Below, in pieces: positions 46,856 to 59,006 of a stretch of 64,000 nt of DNA (its first letter is position 1; every line of letters starts with the position of its first letter). This DNA is from Marsupella aquatica. Taxonomy: Eukaryota > Plantae > Marchantiophyta. Both the position numbers and the translations under genes were made by a program. Below the pieces are notes generated by a model, which saw only the letters and a list, made by a program, of their open reading frames with translations, made no database searches and was not told where the DNA came from. The stretch is from assembly GCA_973895155.1 (NCBI GenBank), contig OZ316899.1:4653241-4717240 (forward strand). The letters run 5' to 3'.

Positions 46856-49800
46856 ATGGGAGATAGTCATGCCGGTCATTCTGAGTCCTCACAGTCCTCT
46901 TTTTCAGGTTTTGTGTACACTCATCGCGTGACTCGGTCCGCCGCGTCTCATTCACATTTAGACATTGGCTCAACTCTTCCAACCGCGCGATCAAGAAGGG
47001 GGAGAATGGACATGACTGAGGAAGTTGCTCGGGTTGATTTCGGTGTTTCCGGGCTTTCAATGGACGATTACATTTCCAAGCAAGTCTTGTCCTTTGGCAA
47101 AGATTTCATAGGATTGGAGAAGGAGCCTCCACAAATTCCTCTATGTCAATTGATTCATATGGAAGTGGTGCAAACATTGCAGAAGCAGAGCGCCTCCATT
47201 GACAAATTGAAGGAGTCATTCTGGATTTCTGGATACAATTTGCGAATGGGCATGCCATTTTACGTACAACCAACAAATGCGGATGGGGTTCCACAGATTT
47301 TCACTAATGAGATTAGAGCCTCTTGGGACCCAATCTGGGTTGCCAAGAATGACAAGTTCGAGGAAGAGTGTGATGCTGATCTTGATTTCAAAGTTTTGAA
47401 GGACAAGATATTTTGTGTCTTTGATGGAAATCACCGTTTGTATTCGTGGTCGATTGTGACAGCAGAGCATCCAGACAACATTAAGTACCACTCTCGTGTG
47501 ACTTGCATTGTTTTCAATGGAGATAAAGGTTCCCTCGTGGAGCTTGAGGCTGCCATGCACGCTGTCAACCAGTAAGTCATTGTTCAAGACAACCTCATTT
47601 AATATGACGTACTAGTTCAAGATGGACTTTTGATGTGATATTATCTTTGGTGTTTTACTAGCGCCCGGCGCTGCTAATTTCCATGTAAATTTTGACGTAG
47701 GTTGGGACAAGCTGTGGTCGAGCCGTCTTGGATTCTTGATGCTGACAGAATCTCTTGTCTTTTATCTTGTGACCTAGAGCACTACAAACCCCTCATTGAT
47801 GCTACGAGTTATGCAAAGTTTGAAGCCATTCGAAAGAAGACTTGCAATGGTTCTTGGTATACACACAAGATGCCACAAGACGCGCTCATCTGCATTTTGT
47901 GTGAGAACAAGATTAAATCTTATACAAACCAATTCAAAGTAGACATGGATTTTGCAGCCGCCTAGGGGACTCCATGGTCCAAAGAGGAGACGCAGAAGAG
48001 GCATGAAGCTATGATGAAGGAAGCGACAAAAGATTGGGCTATCAAAGTAACAAAGATCACTCCATTGCTGCACCCTGATTTTGGTGACTACTTGGCCACA
48101 TATGCGGAAATGTTTCCCGTGATAGAGAAGAACAAAAGAGAAAAGAAACCCGATACAGTTGTTTGCACTGTGGATCGCGCTTGCCTGTTTACTGCAGTGA
48201 CTTATCTGGATCCGAAGTTAAGGTGTATACTTCTCGTCGCCCATTGTACTCTGGAGATTTGTTCTTTCATTCGGCTAGTGTGAACGACGATCCTGTAAAA
48301 CAATGGTGCCATACCTAGCATATCTGGAATTCAGTGGAGGAAATTGCTACTGGATTGATCCTCACCTCGCTCGAGCAGGTTTTGGATCGCATGCCAGATG
48401 ATCGTCTAGTCAAGTCTGGTTGTGAGTCCCTGGATTTTCTCATGAAGTCCATTATTGAAGAATTCAAATCATTTGGAGACCTTGTGAAGGCTAAATTTTT
48501 CAACATAATGTGGCCATCAAAGTATGCAGACAAGGAGGACTACACTGAGCGGAACCGGAAACGAGCCAAACGATACGTTTACCATTTCTACATGTGGATG
48601 GAGTTGCAATCTCCTGAGGTTTTGTGGGCTTACCCTGGTGCATTTCAAAAGTGGGTGATGATCAAAGATGGTGACCACCTTGTTGATCTGTATTCGATGT
48701 ACCCAGTTGAGGGAAAGTTTCCACCTCGCGCCTTGTCAGAGTGGGAGAGACTCCACTGCCCATGGTATCTAGACACTGACAAATGGGATCTGCCTTTCGA
48801 CGAGGTGGAGAAAGACGCTTTCATGAAGTTGCAAAAGTTGCAAATCCCAGCAAGGTATGTATCAGAGATGAAGCAGGGTCTTGCGATTGAAGTGGACGCT
48901 TCGACAACTGAGCTGCAAAAGAAATGCGAGACAGTCGTCGTGCATGTTGATTGGAGCCAAAAGCCAAGAGTGAAGGCCTAGAATGAATCTGCAGCTCCCA
49001 GTGAATCAACTCAATCTCTTAAAAAACATAAGTTTGCCTCTTAGGATTCAGTAAGGGATTCCCGCTCTTGTTCGTATGACATATTTTCCCCAATTGATAC
49101 TAGCGCCGAGCACTATTATGAGAACTAGTTTTGTTGAGTAACGTATCTCTGTCTTTCAGGGGGAAGGAAGTCGGATGCCACCAATGATGTAAAAGATGAC
49201 GCTAGTCCTCAGGCCTCTGAAGCTAACACTGGTGCGGAAAATACACCAGATCCGGGAACCCCTGGGGAGAGTGGAAAGGCAGTGATTCCAGTGGACGCGA
49301 CAAGTATGAAGAAGAAGAAAAAGAGAGGAACACTTGATGATAGGCTCGTATCTTCGTCCCAAGATTCAGTTGCGTCTACTGGATTGCAGAGAGATGTGGG
49401 GAATTTCAAACAAAAAGTGTACTCGACATTGTTTTGTGGAGTCGAGTGTTACAAAATGTTTTGATTCCCTGTTTCACAAGGGAGAAAATCCGGACTGGGT
49501 TTCTAATATTGAAGGTTGGGGGAAAGACCTGGTGAAGTCTGGGGATCGAGCAAAAGGGGTTGTCCGAGGGGGAAAAGAAAGAGCTTTTGGAGTTGATGTT
49601 GGTTTCATATATCTTCCGACTGGGTTGAAACCAACACTTGTGGATAGGAAGGTTCCTAAATGGAACCTTCAAGATTATACGATTCCAAGTGCCTTCTTCA
49701 GAACAATGGATCCTTTCCTAGCAGATGATGGATTGCTAGCAATTTTGCACAGGGGCGACTATGACCAAGTTTCCAAAGTCATTGCAGCTTGTCAAGATTC

Positions 49801-50992
49801 ACAGAAATTAAAGTGTATCTCAACACACAATGTTGTGATGGGCACTCCAATGTACAGGCCTCGCTCGGATATGCAGGTATGTATAGTAGCGCCTGGCGCT
49901 ATTCCAGAGTTTCTGTTTTGTGTCCTCCTTTGGAGATTGACGGTGACGATAGCGCCAGGCGCTAGTGTGGCATTTCCTCTTCATGCAAGGTTTCCCTATT
50001 CTCAACGTAGTATCTGATGTTTATTCTGAACAAAACGTTATTCGATGTGCAGATTTTTATGCTCACTCTCAATGTTTTTGGGCGTGTTTCGTCCAAAGGT
50101 AGGGTCCCGAAGGATCCCAAATTTTGGCCTCTTTCACATATAGAGGATCCTTTGATAACCAATCTCATTGGTTTTCCCGTGCCAAAAAATGATCCTCTGT
50201 CAGAGCTTGCGTTTGCTGGGAATTCAAGGTTGCCTGTGGGTTTCATGTAGTCAATTTTAGAATTAATTACCCTCCTTGGGGATATTGTCATGGACTAGAC
50301 TGTTGGGGCCGGAAGTACATTTGTTGCTGGAGATCATTGTGGGAGGTTTGTAGTCGGGATTGAAAATTGTAAAGAGTTCTTGAGAACAAAGAGGCCTCCA
50401 CGTCCACGCCTCCGCACCGGCAGGTGGGGAGTAAGAAGCAGGACAGACTCCATGCTATTCTTAATTTTAATTCTGACAAGGACAATGATGGAGGCGATGG
50501 TACTCAATAGTCCAAAGATGATGGTGCCTCCAAGAAAGTGGTGAACCTCGGGTCTTCTGAATCTGAGGATAGTGAAGAGTCTTCTAAGTAATGATCTCCA
50601 GCTTCCCTGCCTTTTTTTTCTTTTTAAGGGTGACATTAGTGTCTCCAAAATTCCACCATTTTCCCGGATCCGACTAAAGATATTGGATTCAACTTTCCAG
50701 GTCCGAGTGGAATCTTTGGAAGCGCTTTCAATTACGGAGGAAAGTTGCTAGGAATGCAATAGAAATCCCGGAGAAGCCGTTTGTCTTGCCTTCTTATGCA
50801 AAAAAGGCGGCTCGAAAAGCAGATTCTGTGAGAATGCTGACTTGGGAAAGCAAAGGCCTGAGGCTCAAAAGGGGCTTGGATAGGAAGTTTATCAAGAACC
50901 GCTATGTCAATGACATTGTCCCGAGCAAGTATGTAGACGATGAAGTTGAGTCTACTGATAGTCCCAAAGTAGTGAAGAAGAATCAGAACTAG
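46856..50992 (+). pseudogene. Multi-exon ParB/Srx-like + N4/N6 DNA-methyltransferase-like fusion gene, copy 2
   Basis: Exon 1: IPLCQL..LKESF..GY..FCVFDGNHRLYSW..AAMHAVN (ParB/Srx GxxR motif). Introns 47572-47700 (phase verified), ~49051-49159 and 49877-50052. MTase part: DVGFIYLPTG..KWN..FLADDGLLAILH, then RLPVGFM*SILELITLLGDIVMD*TVGAGSTFVAGDHCGRFVVGIENCKEF. Multiple stops and frameshifts. Confidence 0.8.
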
Positions 50993-51208
50993 ATACGACT
51001 GATTCAGAATCTGATGGCTAGCGAGACTTTAAAACAATAGTTTTTGGATAGAGATATTGGCTATTTTACAAAATAGCGCTTGGCGCTATTGTGAACACAT
51101 GTAATATTGATGGGTGTTTATAAAGTGAGACGGACTGTCCAAATTGTTTTTTTACTATACTTTCCTCTGTGAAGAGGACAATCTTAACTTGGGATGTATT
51201 ATAATTTG

Positions 51209-51358
51209 TGTTATAAGTTAAAGTTAACCCTAGATAAACAGGTTAAGGAGTAGTTACATAACTACCTCCATATAACCACACATCTGTACTAAACACTTAC
51301 ATTATTATGAATGTTGGAGGTTGGAGTAAGTTCTGGCTATGGTGTCCTCAATCTAACA
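51209..51358 (+). repeat. 5' LTR of D (150 bp)
   Basis: TGTTATAAG...CTAACA, repeat of 58860-59006. Confidence 0.93.
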
Positions 51359-51716
51359 CGTTATCAGCACGTCTCTTCGAGCAATTTTTTATTAAACGGC
51401 CATACAAGCATGAGAGAGGAGATTGCCCCCAACCTATCAACAATTTTTCCCTTTTTCAATCAATAGGATCCTAACCCAATACAAAAGTGCCAGAAATTGA
51501 ATTTCTAAATCCTCCAAAGATCGCATACTGCTCGGTGCTCACTACCTCCCAAATTTAGGAAGAATTGCGAGGCGGGAACCATTTTCCTATAAGGACACGG
51601 CTTGGATATCTACAAATTTCAAATCAACAGTATCCCACACACAATTTCCTTTACAAGGATCACACTCCAAAGAAGGAAACCCTTACGGGCTGACAAGAGA
51701 AGCGGTTACACAACAA

Positions 51717-54700
51717 TGACGCTAGAAAGCTCAGCTTTCGAGAATTGGCAATTGATGGATCAAATTATTTATCTTGGTCTCTCGATATAGAGGCGCACCT
51801 CGCAGCGAAAGACCTCCTAGACACAATAATTACATATCAAGGACCTACGCTACGAGAAGAAGCAAAGGCCCTCGTTTTCATAAGGCACCATCTAGCAGAT
51901 GCTCTGAAAACTCAATACTTAAATGAGTACAATCCGAGAATATTATGGGACAAATTGAAACTTTGATTCGATCACATGCGGCTCATCTCATTACCAGCAG
52001 CAAGACACGGCTGGATCAACCTCAAGGTGCAAGACCACAAGACCATCGCAGAGTACAATAACAAATTATTTTGCATAGCCTCACAACTCGCGATCTGTGG
52101 GAGCCCGGTCGATGATGTAGAGCAAATTGAGAAGACCCTATCAACATTCCATGCAACTAACTTAGTATTATCTGCCCAATACATAAATATGGCATTCACG
52201 AGATACTCCCAATTAATTGCACACATGTTATTAGCAGAGAAGCATCAACTACTACTCCTGGAGAATTTGAAGGCAAGGCCCCCAGGTACCCTCCCACCTA
52301 TAACCAAACCTGAATCACAATACAATAGTAGAAATCAAAGGGGAAGAGGATTCAGGGGGAGGAGCGAAAACTATGCAGGCCGAGGTCGAAGCCAATTTGC
52401 AAGAGGAAGGGGCTCAGGATGCATGAACAACCCCAAAAATAATCAAACAAAGTGGCAGAGTTGAAGCAGTGAACATGGCAGAGGGCGGAGTCGACCCAAC
52501 AATAACAATACATCAGATAAGAGGAACAACCTTCCCAAATGTTTCAGATGCGGCACACTAGGACATACAAGAAATGAATGTAGGGCACCCTTGCATTTAG
52601 TTAAACTTTATTAGAACAGCATAAACTACCCTATAAGAGAACCCCAAGGAATTTTTTTGGAATTACCACAAGACCTCACCCAATACATTACTAAACCAGC
52701 CTCACCCGAAATACACGCAATTATTTATGGAACAGAGAGGCCAAACTTAGCAGACCCAACAACCTGCATAATAGACAGCGGCACCTCACATACCATCTTA
52801 AAAGATAGAAAATACTTCACTAGCATCATACCATCATCCAGAACTATTACTACGATCTCCGGACAAAAACAGATTGAACATGGCCATTGTAAGGCTGTAG
52901 TAATATTCCCAAGAAGGACAGTGATCCACATAGAATCTGCGATATACGCCCCCACAGCCACAAGAAACCTGATTAGTTTTCAGGACATCAGGGCAAATGA
53001 CTTACATATCCACACAAATATACACAAGAACAGAGAAGTACTATACATTCTCAAGAAGACCAAAAAGGGACTACAGATCCGAGAAATACTCTCAACAGAA
53101 CCCCCAGGACTATATATGACCCAAATACAGTCACATTATGCCGAAGATAAACAAGAGAGTATTGCCATTACATGGCATAATTGGTTGGGACATCCCGGCA
53201 CAAACATGTACCATAAAATCTGTAAAGATTCAGTGGGCATACCACAAGCAGCTAAAATACCTCCCAAACGAGAACCCTGCAGAGCATGCTCGCAGGGTAA
53301 GCTAATAACCCGCCCAGCAATTACCAAATCGGTGTATACTATCCCCAAATTCCTGGAGCAACTCAATGCAGATGTCTGTGGCCCCATTGACCCACCTAGT
53401 GGACCATTCAAGTTCTTCTTGGTTCTGATCGACTCATCGTCCAAGTGGTCCCAAGTCTCCCTACTATCAACGAGAAACCTAGTATTCTCAAGAATCCTAG
53501 TGAACATACTTAAGTTAAGAGCTCAGTTCCCTGAGAACCCAATACGCATCATATGAGTCGATGGAGCAGGAGAATTTACTTCCAAGACATTTAATGACTT
53601 GTGCATTACTGCTGGAATAGAAGCCCAATACTCTGCCCCATATGTACACTTCCAAAATGGGATAGCCGAGTCAGTGATTAAAAGATTACAGATGATTGCA
53701 CGCCCATTATTAATGCAAACTCCCAGCTACAGCCTAGGGACATGCCATACTACACGTAGGGTCCCTACTACAGTATAGACCTTCATCTTTCAACTCATTG
53801 TCCCCACACCACCTAGCATACGGCCTACCCCGAACCTCACCCACCTGAAAACATTTGAATGCCAGGTGCTAGTACCAATCTTGGGCCCTAAACGCACAAA
53901 ATTGGGCCCCCAGAGGCAAGTAGGAATCGGGTAGGAATCTATGTCGGTTTTGATTCTCCATCCATTATAAGATTCCTAGAACCTACTACCGGGGATGTTT
54001 ATAAAGCCAAATTTCAGGACTGTCACTTCTTCAAGAACACATACCCAAAACTGACAACCGGAAAACCAGAAGACACGGTTGTAGCACCTAAGTTACTATG
54101 GAAAACTAAGGACATACTCCTAAATGACCCGAGAATGAGACAAGCAGATGAAGAAGTCAGACGAGTCTTACATTTAAACCAAATATTGAACACATTACCA
54201 GATGCGTTCAATGATGCCACTGTTGTAACCCGCTCTCACATAGAGGCCGCAAACGTACCTACACATATTAAACCCATGCAAATTGAAGCAGCTGAGGTAC
54301 CACCTAAAGCTAAGTGAGGCCGACCCCTAGGATCTAGAGATACTTGCCCTAGACAGAAACAGAATACAACACCCACGACTACACCACCTATAGACAACAT
54401 CAGCAAAGAACCTAATACGAATCCACCACAGGACAACGAGGAAATATCAATACAATATATGCATACAGGACAAGTGTGGCAGAGAGCACAGACTACAGTA
54501 AATGCACAATTTGCTTTCCTCATTGCACAGGAAATTACTAACGATACTCCTAATCCACAGACGGTCCAGGAAGCTCAAAACAGAGAAGATTGGCCACTCT
54601 GGCAGGAGGCAATAAACTCAGAGCTTGACTCACTAATTAAGCAACATGTATTTGGCCCAATCCTACCAGCTCCATCAGATAGGAGCCTAACTGGATATAA

Positions 54701-56439
54701 ATTTACCTTTGTGCAAAAAAGGAACGCGAAAGGAGAAGTGATATGAGACAAAGCTAGACTCGTGGCAAAAGGATACACTCAGATTTATGGTCGAGATTAC
54801 GACCTGACGTACTCACCTGTTATGGATGCAATCACATACCGCTATATGATAGCCTTTGCTCTATTCCATAAGCTAATAATGCACCTGATGGACGTTGTAA
54901 CGGCATATCTGTACGGCATTATGGACACGGAAATATATATGCAAGCACCCCCTGAATTAATTACCAGAGTCAAGTTCCATATTCAGGGGGAGAAAGGCAC
55001 CATACTACATCCGGATCTGCAATCAGGCATTAAACAAATCACTGATAAGCCAAAAAATGGACCTACAGTCCAAAACACCCATGGGATAAAATATCAAACT
55101 AACCAGCCTACTGCTGAGTTAGGAGTGAAGGATGCTCCTTTCAAGCCCTTGCAATGGTACCAACGCAACCAGGGAATCCCATTCCCAAACGAAGGTGGAC
55201 TTCTTCCACCTCAACATGCCAAAACGCAAAGAAAGCAGAAAACAACAAAGCTAGCATATGCAGTACAAGTGATGAGATCCATAAATGGCCTGAAACAAAG
55301 CGGCCGCATCTGGTACAAATGCTTTCGCGATGAAATGTTGGCCTTACAATTTACAAATGCAGAAATAGCACCCTGTCTATTTCTTAAACATGTTGGCATA
55401 GAATTTGTGATACTAGCAATTTATGTCGATGATATCAATATCTTTGGAACTAAGCAGCTAACAACACAGACGATCGCAACACTTAAGAGAGTTTTTGAAA
55501 TGAAAGACATTAGAGTCCCGAGTTACTGCCTCGGCATTCAGTTTAATCATCTAGAGGAAGGTATCCTTATCAACCAATCTACATATACACAGAAAATTCT
55601 CAAACAGTTTAATATGCACAACTCGTACCCGGTTAGCACTCCAACGGACTTACGTTCACTTGACCCAGCACGAGACATGTTTAGAAAGCGCTAGGAACAC
55701 AAACAAGTGTTGGGACCCAAGAAACCATACCTTTCAGCAATTTGGGCCCTCCTCTACTTACCAAACCAAACGCGACCTGACATCAGTTTTGCAGTCAACC
55801 TCCTTGCAAGACATGGATCACAACCAACAATAAGGCATTGGAACAGAGTGAAAAGAGTTTTCCGCTACTTACAAGGGACAGCCGATATGGGATTATACTT
55901 CCCCAAGAATGCGACCCCAATCTTAATCGGATTTGCAGATGCCGGATACTTGTCTGACCCAGACAATGCGAAGTCCCAGACCGGATATGTCTTCCTACAA
56001 GGGGCAACAACAATTTCATGGAAGAGCACGAAACAATCATTGACAGCTACATCATCGAACCATTTGGAAATCATCGCACTCTATGAAGCTACAAGAGAAT
56101 GCGTGTGGCTCAGAAGCTTAATCGACCACATCAACCAGAGCACAGGCAGACCACCATTGACAGAACCTACCATTCTTTACAAAGACAATCGACCATGCGT
56201 GGACCAGATTGCGCAAGGCTTCATCAAAGGGGACCGGATAAAACATATTGCCCCAAAACTATTCTACGCACACGAACAACATGGAGATAAGATACAAGTT
56301 CAATGGATATCAACGAAAGAAACACAGGGCCGACCTCTTTACGAAACCCTTACCTCCCGCCCTCCATAAAGCTCATACATGTGGCATTGGAATGCGACAG
56401 TTAAAAGATATATTACGCCAAGACGCAGCACAGAACTAA
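51717..56439 (+). pseudogene. gag-pol: gag-pol of D (gag, PR, IN, RT, RNaseH), disrupted
   Basis: IDGSNYLSWSLDIEAHL; CFRCGTLGH; IIDSGTSHTI; WHNWLGHPG..CRAC; ADVCGP; GLKQSGR, IYVDDI; GFADAGY, SWKSTKQ, SSNHLE. Confidence 0.93.
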
Positions 56440-57298
56440 GACAGAAGATGAAAGCACTTACCTTTTTTTCTGCCAAAATGAGCTTGGACGAGTTGCACCC
56501 ACAGGGACTGAGTTTAGTGACACCATAGTTTTTCCTAGCCAGGTGGATCAGTGCATTATGGTTCCGATGCAGACCATGAGAGGATGGTCCATTGTCATAC
56601 CAATTTTCCCTCGGCGAAGGAAGGGCTTCATGGCATCAGTCCTTGCAGACGATGCGGACTGACACTATCCTTCACACCCTCCATTTATATGTATTGGCTA
56701 TGCCCACCTTCCACATATATATTGACATATGTTTCGACGTTTGAGATCTGGCAAACTGGAGGGAGAGTTGTGCAAAGTTTCTTCTTTCCTCACTTTATAG
56801 CTAAGAACACATTAAAAAGCATTAAACCTCGGCCTTCGAACAACCTTCAATGGGTCCTAGCACGTAAACCCTTATCACGTAGGCCAATTGACACTTCGAA
56901 CTTATTAACGTCAACCTCAACGTCATTAGACAATCAAAGGTCGCTTATACCCATAATGAAGACATTAATCTATAGTTATGTCGTAGATACTTTGTACAAA
57001 CGACGTATACATAGTACGTCCTTGGTTTACCTCGTAGTAGACGACGTAGATTGTGTTACCATGTCTTAAACGACGTAAACGTTTATTTAACCATTCTTCT
57101 GATGACGTTCAAAGTTTCAATCGACGTTACTCACAAAACACATTACAAATATAAATTGCCTGGGAGGGACTTTTTATTCATGCGCTCAGAAACATACAAC
57201 GTGCACATAAGGCATGAGTCTGACTCCAGTCTAAACTGATTCCAATCCTAGGCAAATGATGCTCCTCCGTCTCCAGCTGACCTTGGCACTAGTGTAGC

Positions 57299-57859
57299 TT
57301 AAGGGGTCCCTTCACCAGACCAGTAGTACTCCTCATCTGCCTTCCTCTTTTTGTACGAATCACGCCTATTGCTGGCGTTCCATTTCTTGCGGACCACTGC
57401 TTCACCAACCTTCAGCCTTTCAGCCTCAATCTCAGCTGCACAGCTTTCCTTGTAGTCATACATCACAATATCAAGTTCAGTCGGTGACAACTGACATTTA
57501 GCCAACTTTGGTGGACAAGCCTCACCATCATCATCCTTGGGCGTATTGTCCAGCATCAAATCATCCCCTGGATGCAGCAAAAACTCTTCTGGGTCCAACT
57601 CCTTATTGCCCAGAATGGAGTCCTGTACCCAACAAATCGAGATGAAATGCACGGACTCTGCAAAGTGCTCGATCAATCCAGGATAGTCACTGAAGTGCTC
57701 TGTGACTTGTTTCCAGGTATTGGCAAGCAAGTATTCCGTCTTTGAGTTACAAAACTTGTCTATCACACCTCCACGACAAAAAAAGCCACGAACAGTCTTG
57801 TCTTCTTCACCTAGCGGAAGAAAACAACAGTGGACATCCTTGAATATCTTACATACCAT
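57299..57859 (-). CDS. Antisense accessory ORF (186 aa) in 3' region of copia D
   Basis: Uninterrupted and protein-like, with Cys residues, an acidic middle and a basic YKKRK tail; lies between pol end and PPT. Confidence 0.6.
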   Translation of the reverse strand: MVCKIFKDVHCCFLPLGEEDKTVRGFFCRGGVIDKFCNSKTEYLLANTWKQVTEHFSDYPGLIEHFAESVHFISICWVQDSILGNKELDPEEFLLHPGDDLMLDNTPKDDDGEACPPKLAKCQLSPTELDIVMYDYKESCAAEIEAERLKVGEAVVRKKWNASNRRDSYKKRKADEEYYWSGEGTP

Positions 57860-58859
57860 AGTTGAAGACTTTCAATCTCACTCTGCAAATTCTGTGCACT
57901 ATCGTACCCGTAGGACATCTGAAATCACGAATGACCTGTGCAGTGAGGTCCCAGTAGCCTTGCCCCAAAAACTCCCGCAAAAAACCTTACGCATGCCAAT
58001 TGGATTCCATTAACGTCGTTTCCCACATTGGTCATATACGTCTAACATCGCCCAACATCCATTATACATCGTCATAGCATAGTATCCGTTATAGCCACGT
58101 CTGAAACGACGTACATCTATACATCGACCCAACCCTATTCTGTTACACCGTCTGGGACGACGTCTACATGTTTGCCTCGTTATAAAAGACGTAAATAGCC
58201 CTATTGGGAGATACGTTAAATTAAAGACCCTCTAGACGACGTAAAATGGGAAGGAAAGTCAAATGGGTAAACCCATTTTGGGTTACGACATAGAGGGAGA
58301 TGTACTGGGGAGTAACGTCGTGTCACATGACACGAAAGGAAGTCACGACGTAGTGAAATGTAGTTGTGACCATCACAACCTAACCAAGAAGCCATGCCGA
58401 TGACCACCGTCATACTTGACAAGAAACACAATCGATACAAAACAACATGCGCGACCTTCATAGAACACATTGACTTTTTCTTTAAGAAAAATCCTTCGAC
58501 ATGGAGAGCGACTTCATCGGAAACACTACGACCTCGATCCCGCTCAGTTGAAGCTTACACCCCCGGCTTACTTACCATTTATATTACTTAAACTACGTAA
58601 CTTAGACAGTTAACAAAAGGCTACTCCTCTGGATTTACATTACACATATACATTTTAGACACGTAAAACTCTGATTAAACTTTTATTTTCTTTAGTTCGT
58701 CCCACATCATGTAATGGCTGTGGCACTCTTTCCCTTATAGTCAGAAGAAGGGTTTTGATGAGACCAAACCAACAAAAGATGGGACCTACTACGGGTTAAA
58801 CTTCCTTTTAGTGTGGTTGATTTTATTTTTTTGCTATACTTAAATCAACCAAGGGGGAG

Positions 58860-59006
58860 TGTCATAAGTTAAAGTTAACCCTAGATAAACAGGTTGAGTA
58901 GTTACATAACTACCTCCATATAACCACACATCTGTACTAAACACTTACATTATTATGAATGTTGGAGGTTGGAGTAACTTCTGGCTATGGTGTCCTCAAT
59001 CTAACA
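58860..59006 (+). repeat. 3' LTR of D (147 bp)
   Basis: Repeat of the 5' LTR with a 3-bp indel and 2 substitutions. Confidence 0.93.

Larger units (their letters stand above)
51209..59006 (+). mobile_element. Ty1/copia LTR retrotransposon D, Bianca-type, full length, decayed
   Basis: LTRs 51209-51358 and 58860-59006; TSD ATTTG/ATTCG (one transition); PBS CGTTATCAGCACG (51359-51371); PPT AAGGGGGAG (58851-58859). Confidence 0.93.

Noticed and set aside
46856-50992. Bacterial or phage contamination explaining the ParB-MTase
   Set aside because: The gene has spliceosomal introns conserved between two copies and is interleaved with plant LTR elements.
56551-57069. 172-aa plus-strand ORF in the copia 3' region
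   Set aside because: GTG start, runs through the ACGT-repeat tract, non-protein-like composition.
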